The translations under genes were made by a program, and so were the position numbers. From positions 5,973-69,972 of the forward strand of contig JAGXRP010000033.1 of the NCBI GenBank assembly GCA_018335795.1: DNA of 64,000 nucleotides, given 5' to 3'. This DNA is from Desulfobulbaceae bacterium. Its GTDB lineage: Bacteria > Bacteroidota > Ignavibacteria > Kapaibacteriales > UBA2268. Numbering within the stretch: position 1 is the first letter of the stretch; the number at the start of each line of letters is the position of its first letter. This document shows, piece by piece, positions 10,006 to 20,247 of this stretch. The notes beneath the pieces are model-generated. The model ran no database searches and was not told the origin of the DNA. It saw nothing but the letters and a program-made list of their open reading frames with translations.

Positions 10006-11325
10006 CTACTCTTCTCTGGGCTTATTTTTTCTTCTGAATAAGAATGATATTGGTGTCCCGCGAAAATCGAAATGCTCCCGTATCTTACGCTCAATGAATC
10101 TTTTATATGAGTCGGGTATATGTTGAGGATAGTTGCAAAAGAATGCAAACAAAGGTGGTGCAACGCCAACTTGAGTTATATAATTGATTCTTAAGTCATG
10201 CCCACGGAAGGCAGGAGGTGGAGTTTTTTCCAATTCAGCTAACACAACCTCGTTAAGCTCGGAAGTTTTGATTCTTGTATTTCGTCTTTCGAAAATTTCT
10301 TTCGATGTTTCAATTATTTTTACAATCCTTTGTTTGGTCAAAGCAGATATAAACATTACGGGAATGTAATCGAAAGTACGCACTTGTTCATAAATATCAG
10401 TCGTCAATTTGTCGGCAGTTTTGTGGTCTTTTTCAACCAAATCCCATTTGTTAAAAGCTATAATCATACCCTTTCGTTCTTCATTTACAAGGTTGATGAT
10501 TTTTTTGTCTTGGTCTTCTAATCCTCTTGTAGCATCAATGAGTACAACAGCTATATCGCAACGTTGAATTGCACGCGAAGTACGCATATTGCTATACATT
10601 TCAATGTTCTCTTTAACTTGACTGCGTTTTCGCAAACCTGCAGTATCAATTAAGACAATATCTTCACCATGAAATTTCATTACGGTATCAAATGAATCAC
10701 GAGTCGTACCCGGAACATCGGTTACGATAGCTCGATTATAACCAAGCAATGAATTAGTTAAACTGGATTTGCCTGAATTTGGTCTCCCGACAATAGCAAT
10801 TTTAAGCCGAGCATCTTCCTCGTCCGGGTCAAAATCTTTTAAATGGTCAGCAACTACATCCAAGAAATCGCCTGTGTTATGCCCGCTCAAGGCTGAAATA
10901 GGGAAGGGGTCTCCTAAACCTAATCGGAAAAATTCATAAGATAAATCATCTTGATTTGAACTATCGCATTTGTTAACTACAAGTACAACATTTTTGTCTG
11001 AACTTCGCAAAATATTTGCAATGTCCAAATCGAAAGCTGTGACACCGTCTCGAGCGTCAGTCACAAAAACAATAACATCAGCTTCATCAATTGCAATCAT
11101 CGCTTGTTCGCGGACAGCAGTTTCCATGTCATCTTCACTACCGGGAATGAAACCACCGGTATCTATAACGAGGAATTTTTTTCCGTTCCAATCGGAGTTG
11201 CCATAGATTCTATCTCGAGTCACTCCCGGAGTGTTCTCGACTATCGCATTAGTCGTACCTGTTAATCTGTTAAACAGGGTTGACTTCCCTACATTCGGTC
11301 TCCCGACAATTGCTACTAAGTTCAT
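10006..11325 (-). CDS. der: Ribosome-biogenesis GTPase Der (EngA), two tandem GTPase domains plus KH-like C-terminus
   Basis: Two G1 motifs, GRPNVGKSTLFN and GRPNSGKSSLTN; DTAG/DTGG G3 motifs; NKCD/NKWD G4 motifs. 439 aa. Confidence 0.95.
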   Translation of the reverse strand: MNLVAIVGRPNVGKSTLFNRLTGTTNAIVENTPGVTRDRIYGNSDWNGKKFLVIDTGGFIPGSEDDMETAVREQAMIAIDEADVIVFVTDARDGVTAFDLDIANILRSSDKNVVLVVNKCDSSNQDDLSYEFFRLGLGDPFPISALSGHNTGDFLDVVADHLKDFDPDEEDARLKIAIVGRPNSGKSSLTNSLLGYNRAIVTDVPGTTRDSFDTVMKFHGEDIVLIDTAGLRKRSQVKENIEMYSNMRTSRAIQRCDIAVVLIDATRGLEDQDKKIINLVNEERKGMIIAFNKWDLVEKDHKTADKLTTDIYEQVRTFDYIPVMFISALTKQRIVKIIETSKEIFERRNTRIKTSELNEVVLAELEKTPPPAFRGHDLRINYITQVGVAPPLFAFFCNYPQHIPDSYKRFIERKIREHFDFRGTPISFLFRRKNKPREE

Positions 11326-11451
11326 ATTTGGATATTATTAAAAATTTGTTAATAATGATACTTCAAAGATAAATATTTTTTACAAGATAGTCTTCATTTA
11401 GCACTTTTTATTATTTTTAAAGTTGGCTTTTTTACATTAATTGAGTATAAA

Positions 11452-12201
11452 ATGACAAACAATCTAAATAAGAAAAAAATCCTGCTCGGTGTTACCGGTT
11501 CAATCGCTGCCTATAAAGCTCCGTTGTTAGTACGTGAATTTGTTAAAAGTGGGGCAGATGTAACTGTTTTGATGACTCAATCGGCAAAGGAGTTCGTTTC
11601 ACCGCTGACACTTGCCAACCTTAGTCGAAATGATGTAATAATAAATATGTTCGATGAGAGCTCTCAGACTTCGGGTGCTTGGCATATAGAACTAGCTCAT
11701 TCGTGCGATATAATGCTTATTGCACCGTGTTCGGCAACAACACTCGGCAAATTAGCAAATGCGATTTGTGATTCACCTCTTATATCCGTTGCGACCGCTT
11801 TACCTCCTGAAATCCCTCTCATTGTGTCACCTGCTATGGATTCGACAATGTGGCTTCATCCTGCAACCCAAAGGTCAGTAAAACTAATTCAGTCCGATGG
11901 TGCACTCATTTTGCCACCGGTTGATGGCGATTTATCGAGTGGATTTGTCGGTCCGGGTAGATTCCCTGATATTGATGATGTTGTTAATTTCACATCTTAT
12001 GCTTTAGAATATTTTAGAAATCGTACTCGATACACAGTTATAGAAGATATTTACAAAAAAGGTCATAACTTACCCATTAATGATGATAAAACTACTGAAT
12101 TAATCAATAAACCTCTTGAAACTTTACAAGATGCTATTGAAAAAGACAAGTGGAATGCCGAAATGGATTTAGAAAAAATGAAGAAAAAAACTAATGAATA
12201 A
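11452..12201 (+). CDS. coaC: Phosphopantothenoylcysteine decarboxylase (flavoprotein, CoaC) with a roughly 60-aa C-terminal extension
   Basis: KKILLGVTGSIAAYKAPLLVREF flavoprotein motif and PAMDSTMW. Ends 8 nt inside the coaB start (ATGAATAA overlap). Confidence 0.85.
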   Translation: MTNNLNKKKILLGVTGSIAAYKAPLLVREFVKSGADVTVLMTQSAKEFVSPLTLANLSRNDVIINMFDESSQTSGAWHIELAHSCDIMLIAPCSATTLGKLANAICDSPLISVATALPPEIPLIVSPAMDSTMWLHPATQRSVKLIQSDGALILPPVDGDLSSGFVGPGRFPDIDDVVNFTSYALEYFRNRTRYTVIEDIYKKGHNLPINDDKTTELINKPLETLQDAIEKDKWNAEMDLEKMKKKTNE

Positions 12202-12853
12202 GCCCAAAGTTCTGATTACGGCAGGACCTACTTTGGAGAGAATTGACGATGTCCGATACATTTCAAACTTTTCATCAGGTAAAATGGGATTTGCATTAGC
12301 AGAGGTTTTTATTAATTATGGATATGATGTAACATTAGTAAGCGGACCTGTACATTTGGATTGCTCAGATTCAATCAAACGTATAAATGTTGAATCTGCA
12401 CAAAATATGTATGAGGCTGTTTCTGAAAATTTTCAAAATCAAGATATTATAATTATGTCTGCTGCTGTGGCAGATTTCACACCTAAAGCTCCTTATCAGG
12501 GAAAAATCAAGAAGTCTTCGATGGATTCACTAAATATTGAATTGAAACCTACGGTTGATATTTTAGCTTATGTCGGACAACACAAATCGGTCAAGCAAAT
12601 TTTGGTCGGCTTTGCTTTAGAATCAGAGAACGAAATCGAGTATGGCAGGGAAAAACTCGCAAGAAAAAATTGCGATTTGATTGTAGTAAATTCAGCTAAC
12701 AAATCCAATAGTGGTTTCGGAGGAGATGATAATACAATCACCATTATCACAAAATCTGGACAATTGTTTGAATACCCAACAATGACTAAGACCAAATGCG
12801 CTGAAAGAATTCTTGAAAAAATTGAAGGAATTTTGAATTCAAATATTGGATAA
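12194..12853 (+). CDS. coaB: Phosphopantothenate-cysteine ligase (CoaB)
   Basis: KVLITAGPTLERIDDVRYISNFSSGKMGF matches the CoaB (DFP) core. Separate ORF in the +1 frame relative to coaC. Confidence 0.85.
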   Translation: MNKPKVLITAGPTLERIDDVRYISNFSSGKMGFALAEVFINYGYDVTLVSGPVHLDCSDSIKRINVESAQNMYEAVSENFQNQDIIIMSAAVADFTPKAPYQGKIKKSSMDSLNIELKPTVDILAYVGQHKSVKQILVGFALESENEIEYGREKLARKNCDLIVVNSANKSNSGFGGDDNTITIITKSGQLFEYPTMTKTKCAERILEKIEGILNSNIG

Positions 12854-12857
12854 ATCT

Positions 12858-13472
12858 ATGAAAACGCTGATTAAGATTACGATAATGTTAATTCTTATGT
12901 CTTGTAATTCGGATTTCAAGAATGGTGAAGATGAAATTATACATGATGAAAATATGGTTTTATTGCCGCCAACGCAAGCTTTTTGGGATAATTTAAGTGC
13001 CATGTGCGGAAAATCTTTTGAAGGTAGATTAGATTCGGATTCGGCATCTGACACTGATGTAGCAGGAAAAGTTCTTATAATGAATGTCAGAAAATGCAGT
13101 GAAAATGAAATCAAGGTTCCGTTCGTAGTAGGCGAAGACAAATCTCGTACATGGATATTTACCAAAATTGGAGATAGGCTCCAGCTCAAACATGACCATC
13201 GCCACGAAGACGGCACTGAAGACGATACGAATTTCTACGGTGGAATGACGAGTAACGCCGGAAGAGACACGCTCCAAATGTTCATTGCTGACCAACAGAC
13301 TTTAGATATGTTGGATTTTGCGGCTTTCAATGTTTGGATGGTAGAACTTGTCCCAAATCAACATTTCACCTACTCATTAAGGCGGATTAGCACAGACCGA
13401 CACTTTAGAGTTGTATTTGATTTGACTAAAGAAGTGACTGCTCCGGTATCTCTATGGGGATGGGATGACTAA
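12858..13472 (+). CDS. Hypothetical lipoprotein
   Basis: Lipobox LILMSC after the ATG at 12858; the listed ORF start at 12846 is an upstream in-frame TTG. No recognisable domain. Confidence 0.45.
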   Translation: MKTLIKITIMLILMSCNSDFKNGEDEIIHDENMVLLPPTQAFWDNLSAMCGKSFEGRLDSDSASDTDVAGKVLIMNVRKCSENEIKVPFVVGEDKSRTWIFTKIGDRLQLKHDHRHEDGTEDDTNFYGGMTSNAGRDTLQMFIADQQTLDMLDFAAFNVWMVELVPNQHFTYSLRRISTDRHFRVVFDLTKEVTAPVSLWGWDD

Positions 13473-14827
13473 TTTGTTATTTGTTTTTTGAGCGTGTATT
13501 TTTCAATTAATTTTCGAGAAATCAAATAGATTCCGTAAGAAGAAACAGGCACTAATACGGTCAGAAAATAAATTTGATAGCGGATGATAAAATTCACGGT
13601 TAAGATTAGAACTGTGTAAAATAGTGCAAACAACAAAAAAACAAGAATCGGATTTCTAAGAAGTCCATCTTTTCTAATTGAGTAAGCAAATGCATAAAGC
13701 GCCGGAATAGTGACAATAAAGACAAAGAAAAAATAGATAGGATTATGAATTTCGGGAGAAGTATAATCAATCGCCCAAAGCGAAACCACTCGAAGCAATG
13801 AATTAACGATAGCTTTTTCAGGATTGTTTTTCCAGTAATGAATAGTTTCATCTCGGAAAATCGAATCAGCTGCAATTTCAAATCTTGTATCAAGTGGTAA
13901 ACTGTCCAATCTATGAGCAACTGAGTAATCATTATTGCCATCGAGCCAAACATGCCTTCCATCGGCGTTTCTGGCGCCTCCACTTGCGAAAATATTGTTA
14001 CCCCGCCATATTTCGTGCCAAGGATGAGTCACTACAGGTATGAATTTGTCGTACAACTGATAATTCCGATAAGTCCAAGGTCCAATTACAGCAGCAAATG
14101 CAGCAAAAGCAAGAATAAGATTGATAATAGACTTTTTGTCTCGCACACGTAAGAAATTTGCAAGCACAGCACCAAATATTAAAGCAAATGATAAGGCGAA
14201 GAATTCGCTTCGAACAAGTGTCTGCAATCCGCAAAGTAATCCGGCGATGAAAATACCACTTGAATTAGGATATTTGATATATTTGATTAAGTAATAGAGT
14301 GATGCCAAAGCCAACATATGATACATTTGTGAACCACTGAAGGTCACTGTACCAAAAATTGCAGGCAAGAATAAAGCCGCTAAGATTGCAGCAATTTTTG
14401 CCGAACTTTCGTTGAAAAGTAAACGAGAAATCAAGAATGATAAATAGACTGCAATAGTCCCAAACAAAACATTGAATAACATCAATGATATATAAGCTTT
14501 AGTGCCATCTCCAAAGACTTTGAGATTGATGTAAATGAAAGAGGGATTCAATGGTGGCATGAATGAACCTACATAGGGAGGAGCTTCCTTTTTCAACTCA
14601 TATCTTGCTTCATCAATAGGTCGGTAGGGCCAATGCATGGTATATCCGTGCCCTTTTATCATAAATCTTGCTGTATCTCCATGCTCCCGCATCTCAGGAT
14701 TTTTAAAGTCACCCATGACGAATACAAATGCTAATCTTAACAAAAATGAAAAAATACATACAAAGAGAATGAAACTTTTCAAATCAATTTTTTGATAATA
14801 ATCTAATAACTTTCTCATTTTTGACAA
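13469..14827 (-). CDS. Polytopic membrane protein, glycosyltransferase family 39 (ArnT/PMT)-like
   Basis: 452 aa with many predicted TM helices and a periplasmic loop after TM1, an overall ArnT/PMT-like topology. The family assignment is by pattern only. Confidence 0.45.
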   Translation of the reverse strand: MSKMRKLLDYYQKIDLKSFILFVCIFSFLLRLAFVFVMGDFKNPEMREHGDTARFMIKGHGYTMHWPYRPIDEARYELKKEAPPYVGSFMPPLNPSFIYINLKVFGDGTKAYISLMLFNVLFGTIAVYLSFLISRLLFNESSAKIAAILAALFLPAIFGTVTFSGSQMYHMLALASLYYLIKYIKYPNSSGIFIAGLLCGLQTLVRSEFFALSFALIFGAVLANFLRVRDKKSIINLILAFAAFAAVIGPWTYRNYQLYDKFIPVVTHPWHEIWRGNNIFASGGARNADGRHVWLDGNNDYSVAHRLDSLPLDTRFEIAADSIFRDETIHYWKNNPEKAIVNSLLRVVSLWAIDYTSPEIHNPIYFFFVFIVTIPALYAFAYSIRKDGLLRNPILVFLLFALFYTVLILTVNFIIRYQIYFLTVLVPVSSYGIYLISRKLIEKYTLKKQITN

Positions 14828-14929
14828 ATTTTACATTCAAAATTTATTAATATTTGTTTTTGGTGAATACAAATATAATAAGCCCTCCAAAATTTGAAGG
14901 GCTTAAGTTTTAACAAACGTACTACGAGA

Positions 14930-15466
14930 TTATTCTTGAGGGTCTGGTGTTGTTTGTTCATGGACCCTTTGAGCTTCGTCATCGGTACGGACAATTCCAA
15001 CAATACCACTAACAATCAGCCATCGGTCACTTTTCTTTCTCAAAATACGTGCAATACGTAAGTAGTATTCTACAGAAACTCCTTTTTTCGTGATTACAGC
15101 ATTGGTTCCATAAATAATGGAAGCCAAAGTAGCATTATCGTCCATCTGTATTGATACATCGCGTAATTCCCCGTAATCAATCTGGTCATAATCTTTCCAT
15201 TGTTTGTCTATCGCCATTTTGAAATCTGCAAAAGTCTTGATTATTTCTGACGAGTCAGTTCCAAAAAAAATCACTTCGTCAGCTAAAGTTTCGACAAGTT
15301 TTCCAAAATTTTTCTCCTCGAGTGCGTCATGGAAATCAACGATAACATTTTGAACTTTGTCTTTCTCATTCTGGATTTCAACAGGCGATAAGAACTTAGG
15401 TTTGGGCTGGCAAGCCACAAAGAAAGATGCGATAAGAATCAATATAGTTGGTAATGAAAATCTCAT
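14930..15466 (-). CDS. Lipoprotein with NTF2-like/SnoaL-like (DUF4440-type) fold
   Basis: Lipobox FFVAC. Size and motif pattern VIFFGTDSSE...WLIVSG are typical of NTF2-like small proteins. Confidence 0.45.
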   Translation of the reverse strand: MRFSLPTILILIASFFVACQPKPKFLSPVEIQNEKDKVQNVIVDFHDALEEKNFGKLVETLADEVIFFGTDSSEIIKTFADFKMAIDKQWKDYDQIDYGELRDVSIQMDDNATLASIIYGTNAVITKKGVSVEYYLRIARILRKKSDRWLIVSGIVGIVRTDDEAQRVHEQTTPDPQE

Positions 15467-15592
15467 ACATACTCCTCTAATTTATTAATTGAAACAATTG
15501 GTATATATTTTGTCCAATACTATATGTAAAATATGAAAAAAAACTCGAAAATCAAATATTTTTCTGAAAAAAAATGAAATAAGGAGCAAATT

Positions 15593-15946
15593 ATGAAAAT
15601 ATCATCTATAGGAAATTCGCCATTCGAGCCTTTCAGTCCTATTGAACTGAGCAAAGATGAAGTTAATAAGATAAATAAAAAAATCGGTGACACTTTGTCC
15701 ATTTCAGGGCAAAATGCGGATTGGTATAATGAAACCATTAATTCAGCCTTAAACAAGTTGGAGAATAGTGTTCAATTGGACAATAGTAAACCTTTGGACA
15801 GACCTGAAAACCAACCTATTGAATCAATAGAAGAGGCAAGAATTGTTTTGGGATTTGTAAATACGCCTTTTTTTAAGGCACAGGCGTTTAAAGCTCAAGC
15901 TAATCTGATGCCTCAAGATGTTGTTCATCTTTTTTCAGAAGTATAA
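15593..15946 (+). CDS. Hypothetical small protein (117 aa)
   Basis: AGGAG Shine-Dalgarno 7 nt upstream of ATG; followed by a strong terminator. No recognisable domain. Confidence 0.4.
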   Translation: MKISSIGNSPFEPFSPIELSKDEVNKINKKIGDTLSISGQNADWYNETINSALNKLENSVQLDNSKPLDRPENQPIESIEEARIVLGFVNTPFFKAQAFKAQANLMPQDVVHLFSEV

Positions 15947-15975
15947 AACAAAATTAAAATTGTGTTATCTTTTTT

Positions 15976-16010
15976 AAAGCGGTTTTTATTTGAAACCGCT
16001 TTTCTGTATT
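15976..16010 (+). terminator. Rho-independent terminator
   Basis: AAAGCGGTTT / AAACCGCTTT stem followed by a T-rich tract. Confidence 0.7.
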
Positions 16011-16044
16011 TTTGAAAACTTTGTTTTATTAATTTGGAGTTTAA

Positions 16045-18117
16045 ATGTTTAAGATTGCTATGATTTTGGCACTTTGTGTTGTTATAGTATCATGTGAGAA
16101 GGAAGATATGTTTGTAGAAACTAAACCAGGAACTGCCGGACCAGTCATAACTGATGAATTGGTCAACCAAGTTACAGCAGATATGAAAACTAAATTTTCG
16201 GAAGAGCACGCTTTCAGGATTGAAAGAGGTGTAAAACAAGTTGCAGTCTTTTGGAGAGATACAGACGGAACAGCGGATGATTTTAAAAAATTCTGCGACG
16301 AAAATTTTGTGAGCGACGAAGTTGAATTAGAAAATATCTTTATCACAATCAATGATAATCAAGAATCCATGAGCGGTCATTTCAACAAAATGATATTGGA
16401 CTTCAAATTTCCATTGCATGTAGAAATGGGACCGATTAACAAGCTTCAAATGCTTTTCGGTGCTTATAATCCTGCGGCACATACTGCCGATGATATGTTC
16501 TCTAATAAAATTGCTTTTTTTATAGCACTTAACTTCCCTTACTATACTCTTGAAGAAAAAAATACTCAAGGCAAGAATTGGAATCGCAAGCAATGGGCTT
16601 ATGCAAGGGTTGGCGACATCATCAGTTCGAGAGTACCGGGAGAAATTTCTCTCAAAGCTTCGGAAATTTCTACCAAATCGGGTCAATACATTACAGATTA
16701 CAACATTTTTATGGGCAATTTGATAGACCCAAGCGGTAAAGTCAGCTTCCCGAAAGACATGAAGCTGATTTCGCATTGGAATCTTCGCGACGAACTCAAA
16801 TCCAACTATTCATCGCCTGAAGGTATTGACAAACAAAACATGATTTACAATATCATGCTTAGAATAATCAATCAAGAAATCCCTCAAGTAGTAATCAATA
16901 GCGACAAATACAATTGGGACCCGATTGCGAACAAAGTATTTGAAAACGGCAAAGAGATTACAGCTGAACGTGAACCCGATACAAGATATGCAATGCTATT
17001 GGAAAATTTCAATATAACTAAGGAAATGGATGCTTACTCACCACATTATCCGACTTATATTGAAAGAGCTTTTGACCAAAGTATGGAAATGCCAGTTGAG
17101 AGAATTGAACAAATGTTCAAAGATTTCATCAGCTCACCACTCAAAAAAGACATTGCCGAGATAATCAAATCAAGGTTAGGCAGAGATTTGATGCCATTTG
17201 ATATTTGGTATGACGGATTCAAAGCTCGAAGTACAATTTCTGAAGAACAGCTCGACAAAATGACAAAAACTAAATATCCAAATGCAGAATCTTTTGGTAA
17301 AGATTTTCCAACAATCCTTACTAAACTTGGCTTTGCAAAAGATAAAGCAGAATATTTATCAAGCAAAATTGAAGTTGACGCTTCACGCGGTGCAGGTCAC
17401 GCTTGGGGTGCTCAAATGAGAGGAGAAAAAGCAAGATTGCGTACAAGAGTTGGTGGCGATGGCATGAATTACAAAGGATATAATATTGCAATGCACGAAT
17501 TTGGTCACAACGTGGAACAAACATTTTCGCTTTATAATATTGATTACTATATGATGAGTGGTGTCCCGAATACTGCATTTACAGAAGCAATGGCATTTAT
17601 GTTCCAACAACGTGATTTAGATGTTCTCGGAATCAAAAACACAAGTGCCGAAAAGCAATATGTGCACGCTCTTGATATTTATTGGTCTTCATTTGAAATT
17701 ATGGGCGTTTCATTAGTTGACATCGCAACATGGAAATGGCTATATGCTAATCCAAATGCCACACCAGCCGAACTTCGTGAAGCTGTCACAAGAATTGCAA
17801 AAGAGGTCTGGAACGAATATTATGCTGATGTTTTCGGACATAAAGATTCACCAATCTTGGCGATTTATTCACACATGATTAGTTATCCTCTGTATTTATC
17901 GGCTTACCCTGTCGGGCATTTGATTGAATTCCAAATCGAACAATACATCAAGGACAAAAATTTCGGTGCCGAAATCGAACGTATGTGTTCATTGGGAAGA
18001 TTATCACCCGATATTTGGATGCAAACTGCTACTCAACAAGATGTATCCATTCAACCTACATTGGATGTAGTGCAAAAAGCAGTTGAATATTTCAAAGCCG
18101 GTATTAGTAAAAAATAA
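16045..18117 (+). CDS. Lipoprotein zinc metallopeptidase (gluzincin, HEXXH...E); family uncertain (M2/M3-like spacing)
   Basis: Lipobox IVSC. Single HEFGH motif, with a glutamate in TEAMAF about 24 residues downstream. 690 aa. Confidence 0.55.
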   Translation: MFKIAMILALCVVIVSCEKEDMFVETKPGTAGPVITDELVNQVTADMKTKFSEEHAFRIERGVKQVAVFWRDTDGTADDFKKFCDENFVSDEVELENIFITINDNQESMSGHFNKMILDFKFPLHVEMGPINKLQMLFGAYNPAAHTADDMFSNKIAFFIALNFPYYTLEEKNTQGKNWNRKQWAYARVGDIISSRVPGEISLKASEISTKSGQYITDYNIFMGNLIDPSGKVSFPKDMKLISHWNLRDELKSNYSSPEGIDKQNMIYNIMLRIINQEIPQVVINSDKYNWDPIANKVFENGKEITAEREPDTRYAMLLENFNITKEMDAYSPHYPTYIERAFDQSMEMPVERIEQMFKDFISSPLKKDIAEIIKSRLGRDLMPFDIWYDGFKARSTISEEQLDKMTKTKYPNAESFGKDFPTILTKLGFAKDKAEYLSSKIEVDASRGAGHAWGAQMRGEKARLRTRVGGDGMNYKGYNIAMHEFGHNVEQTFSLYNIDYYMMSGVPNTAFTEAMAFMFQQRDLDVLGIKNTSAEKQYVHALDIYWSSFEIMGVSLVDIATWKWLYANPNATPAELREAVTRIAKEVWNEYYADVFGHKDSPILAIYSHMISYPLYLSAYPVGHLIEFQIEQYIKDKNFGAEIERMCSLGRLSPDIWMQTATQQDVSIQPTLDVVQKAVEYFKAGISKK

Positions 18118-18184
18118 GTACTTGCCCTATCCAAAAATCCATATTTACAAAACACAACCAGTAATTGAAAAAAGCTGACCCGAC

Positions 18185-18218
18185 TCTTCCCCCTTCTTCC
18201 AAGAGGGGGGAGGCTTTT
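18185..18218 (+). terminator. GC-rich hairpin terminator after the metallopeptidase gene
   Basis: CTTCCCCCTTCTT / AAGAGGGGGGAGG stem followed by CTTTT. Confidence 0.5.
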
Positions 18219-18531
18219 GGGGATTTTGTAGTTATGTGGTCGTATTTATTTCAATTATGACCATCAGTTAAATAATTTTCTCAATCAACATAATTTCCTA
18301 TCATTATTTTTAATATCATCAAGCACCACTTTAGCTGGAACCGTGCTGCCTTGAGAACTCAAACTAACTATAACTTTCAATTCTGGTTCGGGCAGAACGG
18401 TTTGGCGGTATGTTTTAGTTGGAGATTTCGAAGCACTTTCCTACCAAGTTACAACTACTTTTGAATAGAACTTAAACGCTTGATAAACCAATGACTGCAA
18501 AATGTTTTATACACGAAGTTAGGAGCTGGTG

Positions 18532-20076
18532 TTAATCTTCCTTTACTCTTGATAGTTTGTAAATATCTGTTCTTCTGTCTTTTAAGTTTCTAACACTGCC
18601 AAATTGATTTAGTTCTCTTAACATGGAAATATCAACATCTGCAATTACAATCATTTCAGTATTTGGTGTTGCTTCTGCTTTAATCCCATTTGTTGGGAAT
18701 GAAAAATCACAAGGTGTAAAGACCATTGATTGAGCGTATTGAATATCCATATTATGTACTCTTGGTAAATTGCCAACGCTACCTGCAATTGCAACATAAC
18801 ATTCGTTTTCTATTGCTCTAGATTGAGCACAATATCTAACTCGTGAATATCCATTTTGAGTATCAGTCAAGAAAGGAACAAATAGAATATCCATGCCCTC
18901 TTCTGCCAATAATCTGCTCAATTCTGGAAACTCAACGTCATAACAAATCAAAATTCCAATTTTACCACAATCGGTATCATATGTTTGAATTATATTTCCT
19001 CCTTGCAACCCCCAAACTTTTGCTTCGTCAGGAGTTACGTGTATTTTCTCATATCGTTCACGACCGCCATCTCTTTTGCATAAATAACCCACATTATATA
19101 AATTGTTATCAATCATTTCAGGCATACTCCCTGTTATTATATTGATATTGTAAGATATGGCTAATTCTGAAAATCGTTTAATAATATCTGTCGTATATTC
19201 GGATAATTTTCTAATTGCTTCTGGCTCTGATAATTCATTAAATGGAGACATTAGTGGAGCGTTAAAGAATTCAGGGAAAAGAGCGAAATCGCATCTATAT
19301 CCAGATACTGCATCAACAAAAAACTCGACTTGTTGCATTAGTTCGTCAAGGTCTTTGTATAAACGCATTTGCCATTGAATTAAGCCTAATCGTACAATCG
19401 TTTTTTTTATGGCTACAGAGTTTGTTTGCTTTTCATAGTAAACATTGTCCCATTCAAAAAGAACTGCATATTCTTGTGACTCTTTGTCTCCTTCGAGATA
19501 GCCACGTAAAATTCGAACAGGATGGAAGTCGTTAGACATTTGAAAATCAAGTACAGGGTCGTGAATTTCTTTTTTCTTAACTTTGTCAATGTATTCACGA
19601 GGAGAAATTTCCGATGCGTATTTATGATATATCGGAATACGACCACCAAAAACAATCCCCTTTAGATTTAGTTTTTCACATAATTCTTTACGGTAGTCAT
19701 ATAAACGCCTTCCGAGTCTTAAACCACGAAATTTAGGACGAATAAAAATGTCGATTCCGTATAACTTATCACCATTTAAATTATGTGTTTTAAACGTATA
19801 ATCGCCTGTTATTTCTCTATATGTGTGCTTTTCATCAAATTTTGAATAATCGACAATGATTGATAATGCACAACCTGCTAATTCATTATCAATTTTAATT
19901 GCGACTTGTCCTTCAGGGAATTTATCAATCAAGGTTTTTATGTGATGTTCTTTCCAATATGCTTCTTGCATATTAGAATAAGCCTCAAACATCGCATTTT
20001 TTATGTCTTCATAATCCTCTAGTTTTAGAAAGACTAATTCGATATTGGCTATTGCTTGTATATCTATTGTATCCAT
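18532..20076 (-). CDS. Bifunctional GNAT N-acetyltransferase / carbon-nitrogen hydrolase (nitrilase superfamily) fusion protein
   Basis: N-terminal half has the GNAT core (RGLRLGRRLYDY). C-terminal half has the CN-hydrolase catalytic triad context (E in FPEFF, K, and C in ILICYDVEFPE). 514 aa. Confidence 0.8.
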   Translation of the reverse strand: MDTIDIQAIANIELVFLKLEDYEDIKNAMFEAYSNMQEAYWKEHHIKTLIDKFPEGQVAIKIDNELAGCALSIIVDYSKFDEKHTYREITGDYTFKTHNLNGDKLYGIDIFIRPKFRGLRLGRRLYDYRKELCEKLNLKGIVFGGRIPIYHKYASEISPREYIDKVKKKEIHDPVLDFQMSNDFHPVRILRGYLEGDKESQEYAVLFEWDNVYYEKQTNSVAIKKTIVRLGLIQWQMRLYKDLDELMQQVEFFVDAVSGYRCDFALFPEFFNAPLMSPFNELSEPEAIRKLSEYTTDIIKRFSELAISYNINIITGSMPEMIDNNLYNVGYLCKRDGGRERYEKIHVTPDEAKVWGLQGGNIIQTYDTDCGKIGILICYDVEFPELSRLLAEEGMDILFVPFLTDTQNGYSRVRYCAQSRAIENECYVAIAGSVGNLPRVHNMDIQYAQSMVFTPCDFSFPTNGIKAEATPNTEMIVIADVDISMLRELNQFGSVRNLKDRRTDIYKLSRVKED

Positions 20077-20247
20077 ATTTCTATTGTCCTGTTTTGTTTT
20101 TTAGCCAGCACTTTAACGTTTAGTATAAGAATAGTAGCCAATTGCGGGCTAATATCCTGTCTAATTACACGGAACTTGATGCGTGGCAGAATGTTTGAAT
20201 AATCACCTAAAACCCAATGCTTTAAACCGAGTGTTGGCGAACGTTTC

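Noticed and set aside
12150-12210. Simple frameshift pseudogene of a fused coaBC
   Set aside because: The CoaB frame is closed by TGA immediately upstream of its ATG, and CoaC carries a 60-aa tail. A single indel would not restore a canonical fusion, so I keep the two genes as split (flagged for read-level check).
14880-14905. Hairpin AAGCCCTCC...GAAGGGCTT between the GT39-like gene start and the NTF2-like lipoprotein gene end
   Set aside because: It is a plausible terminator for the minus-strand lipoprotein gene, but the downstream tract is only weakly U-rich and the stem has a mismatch. Not listed as a feature.
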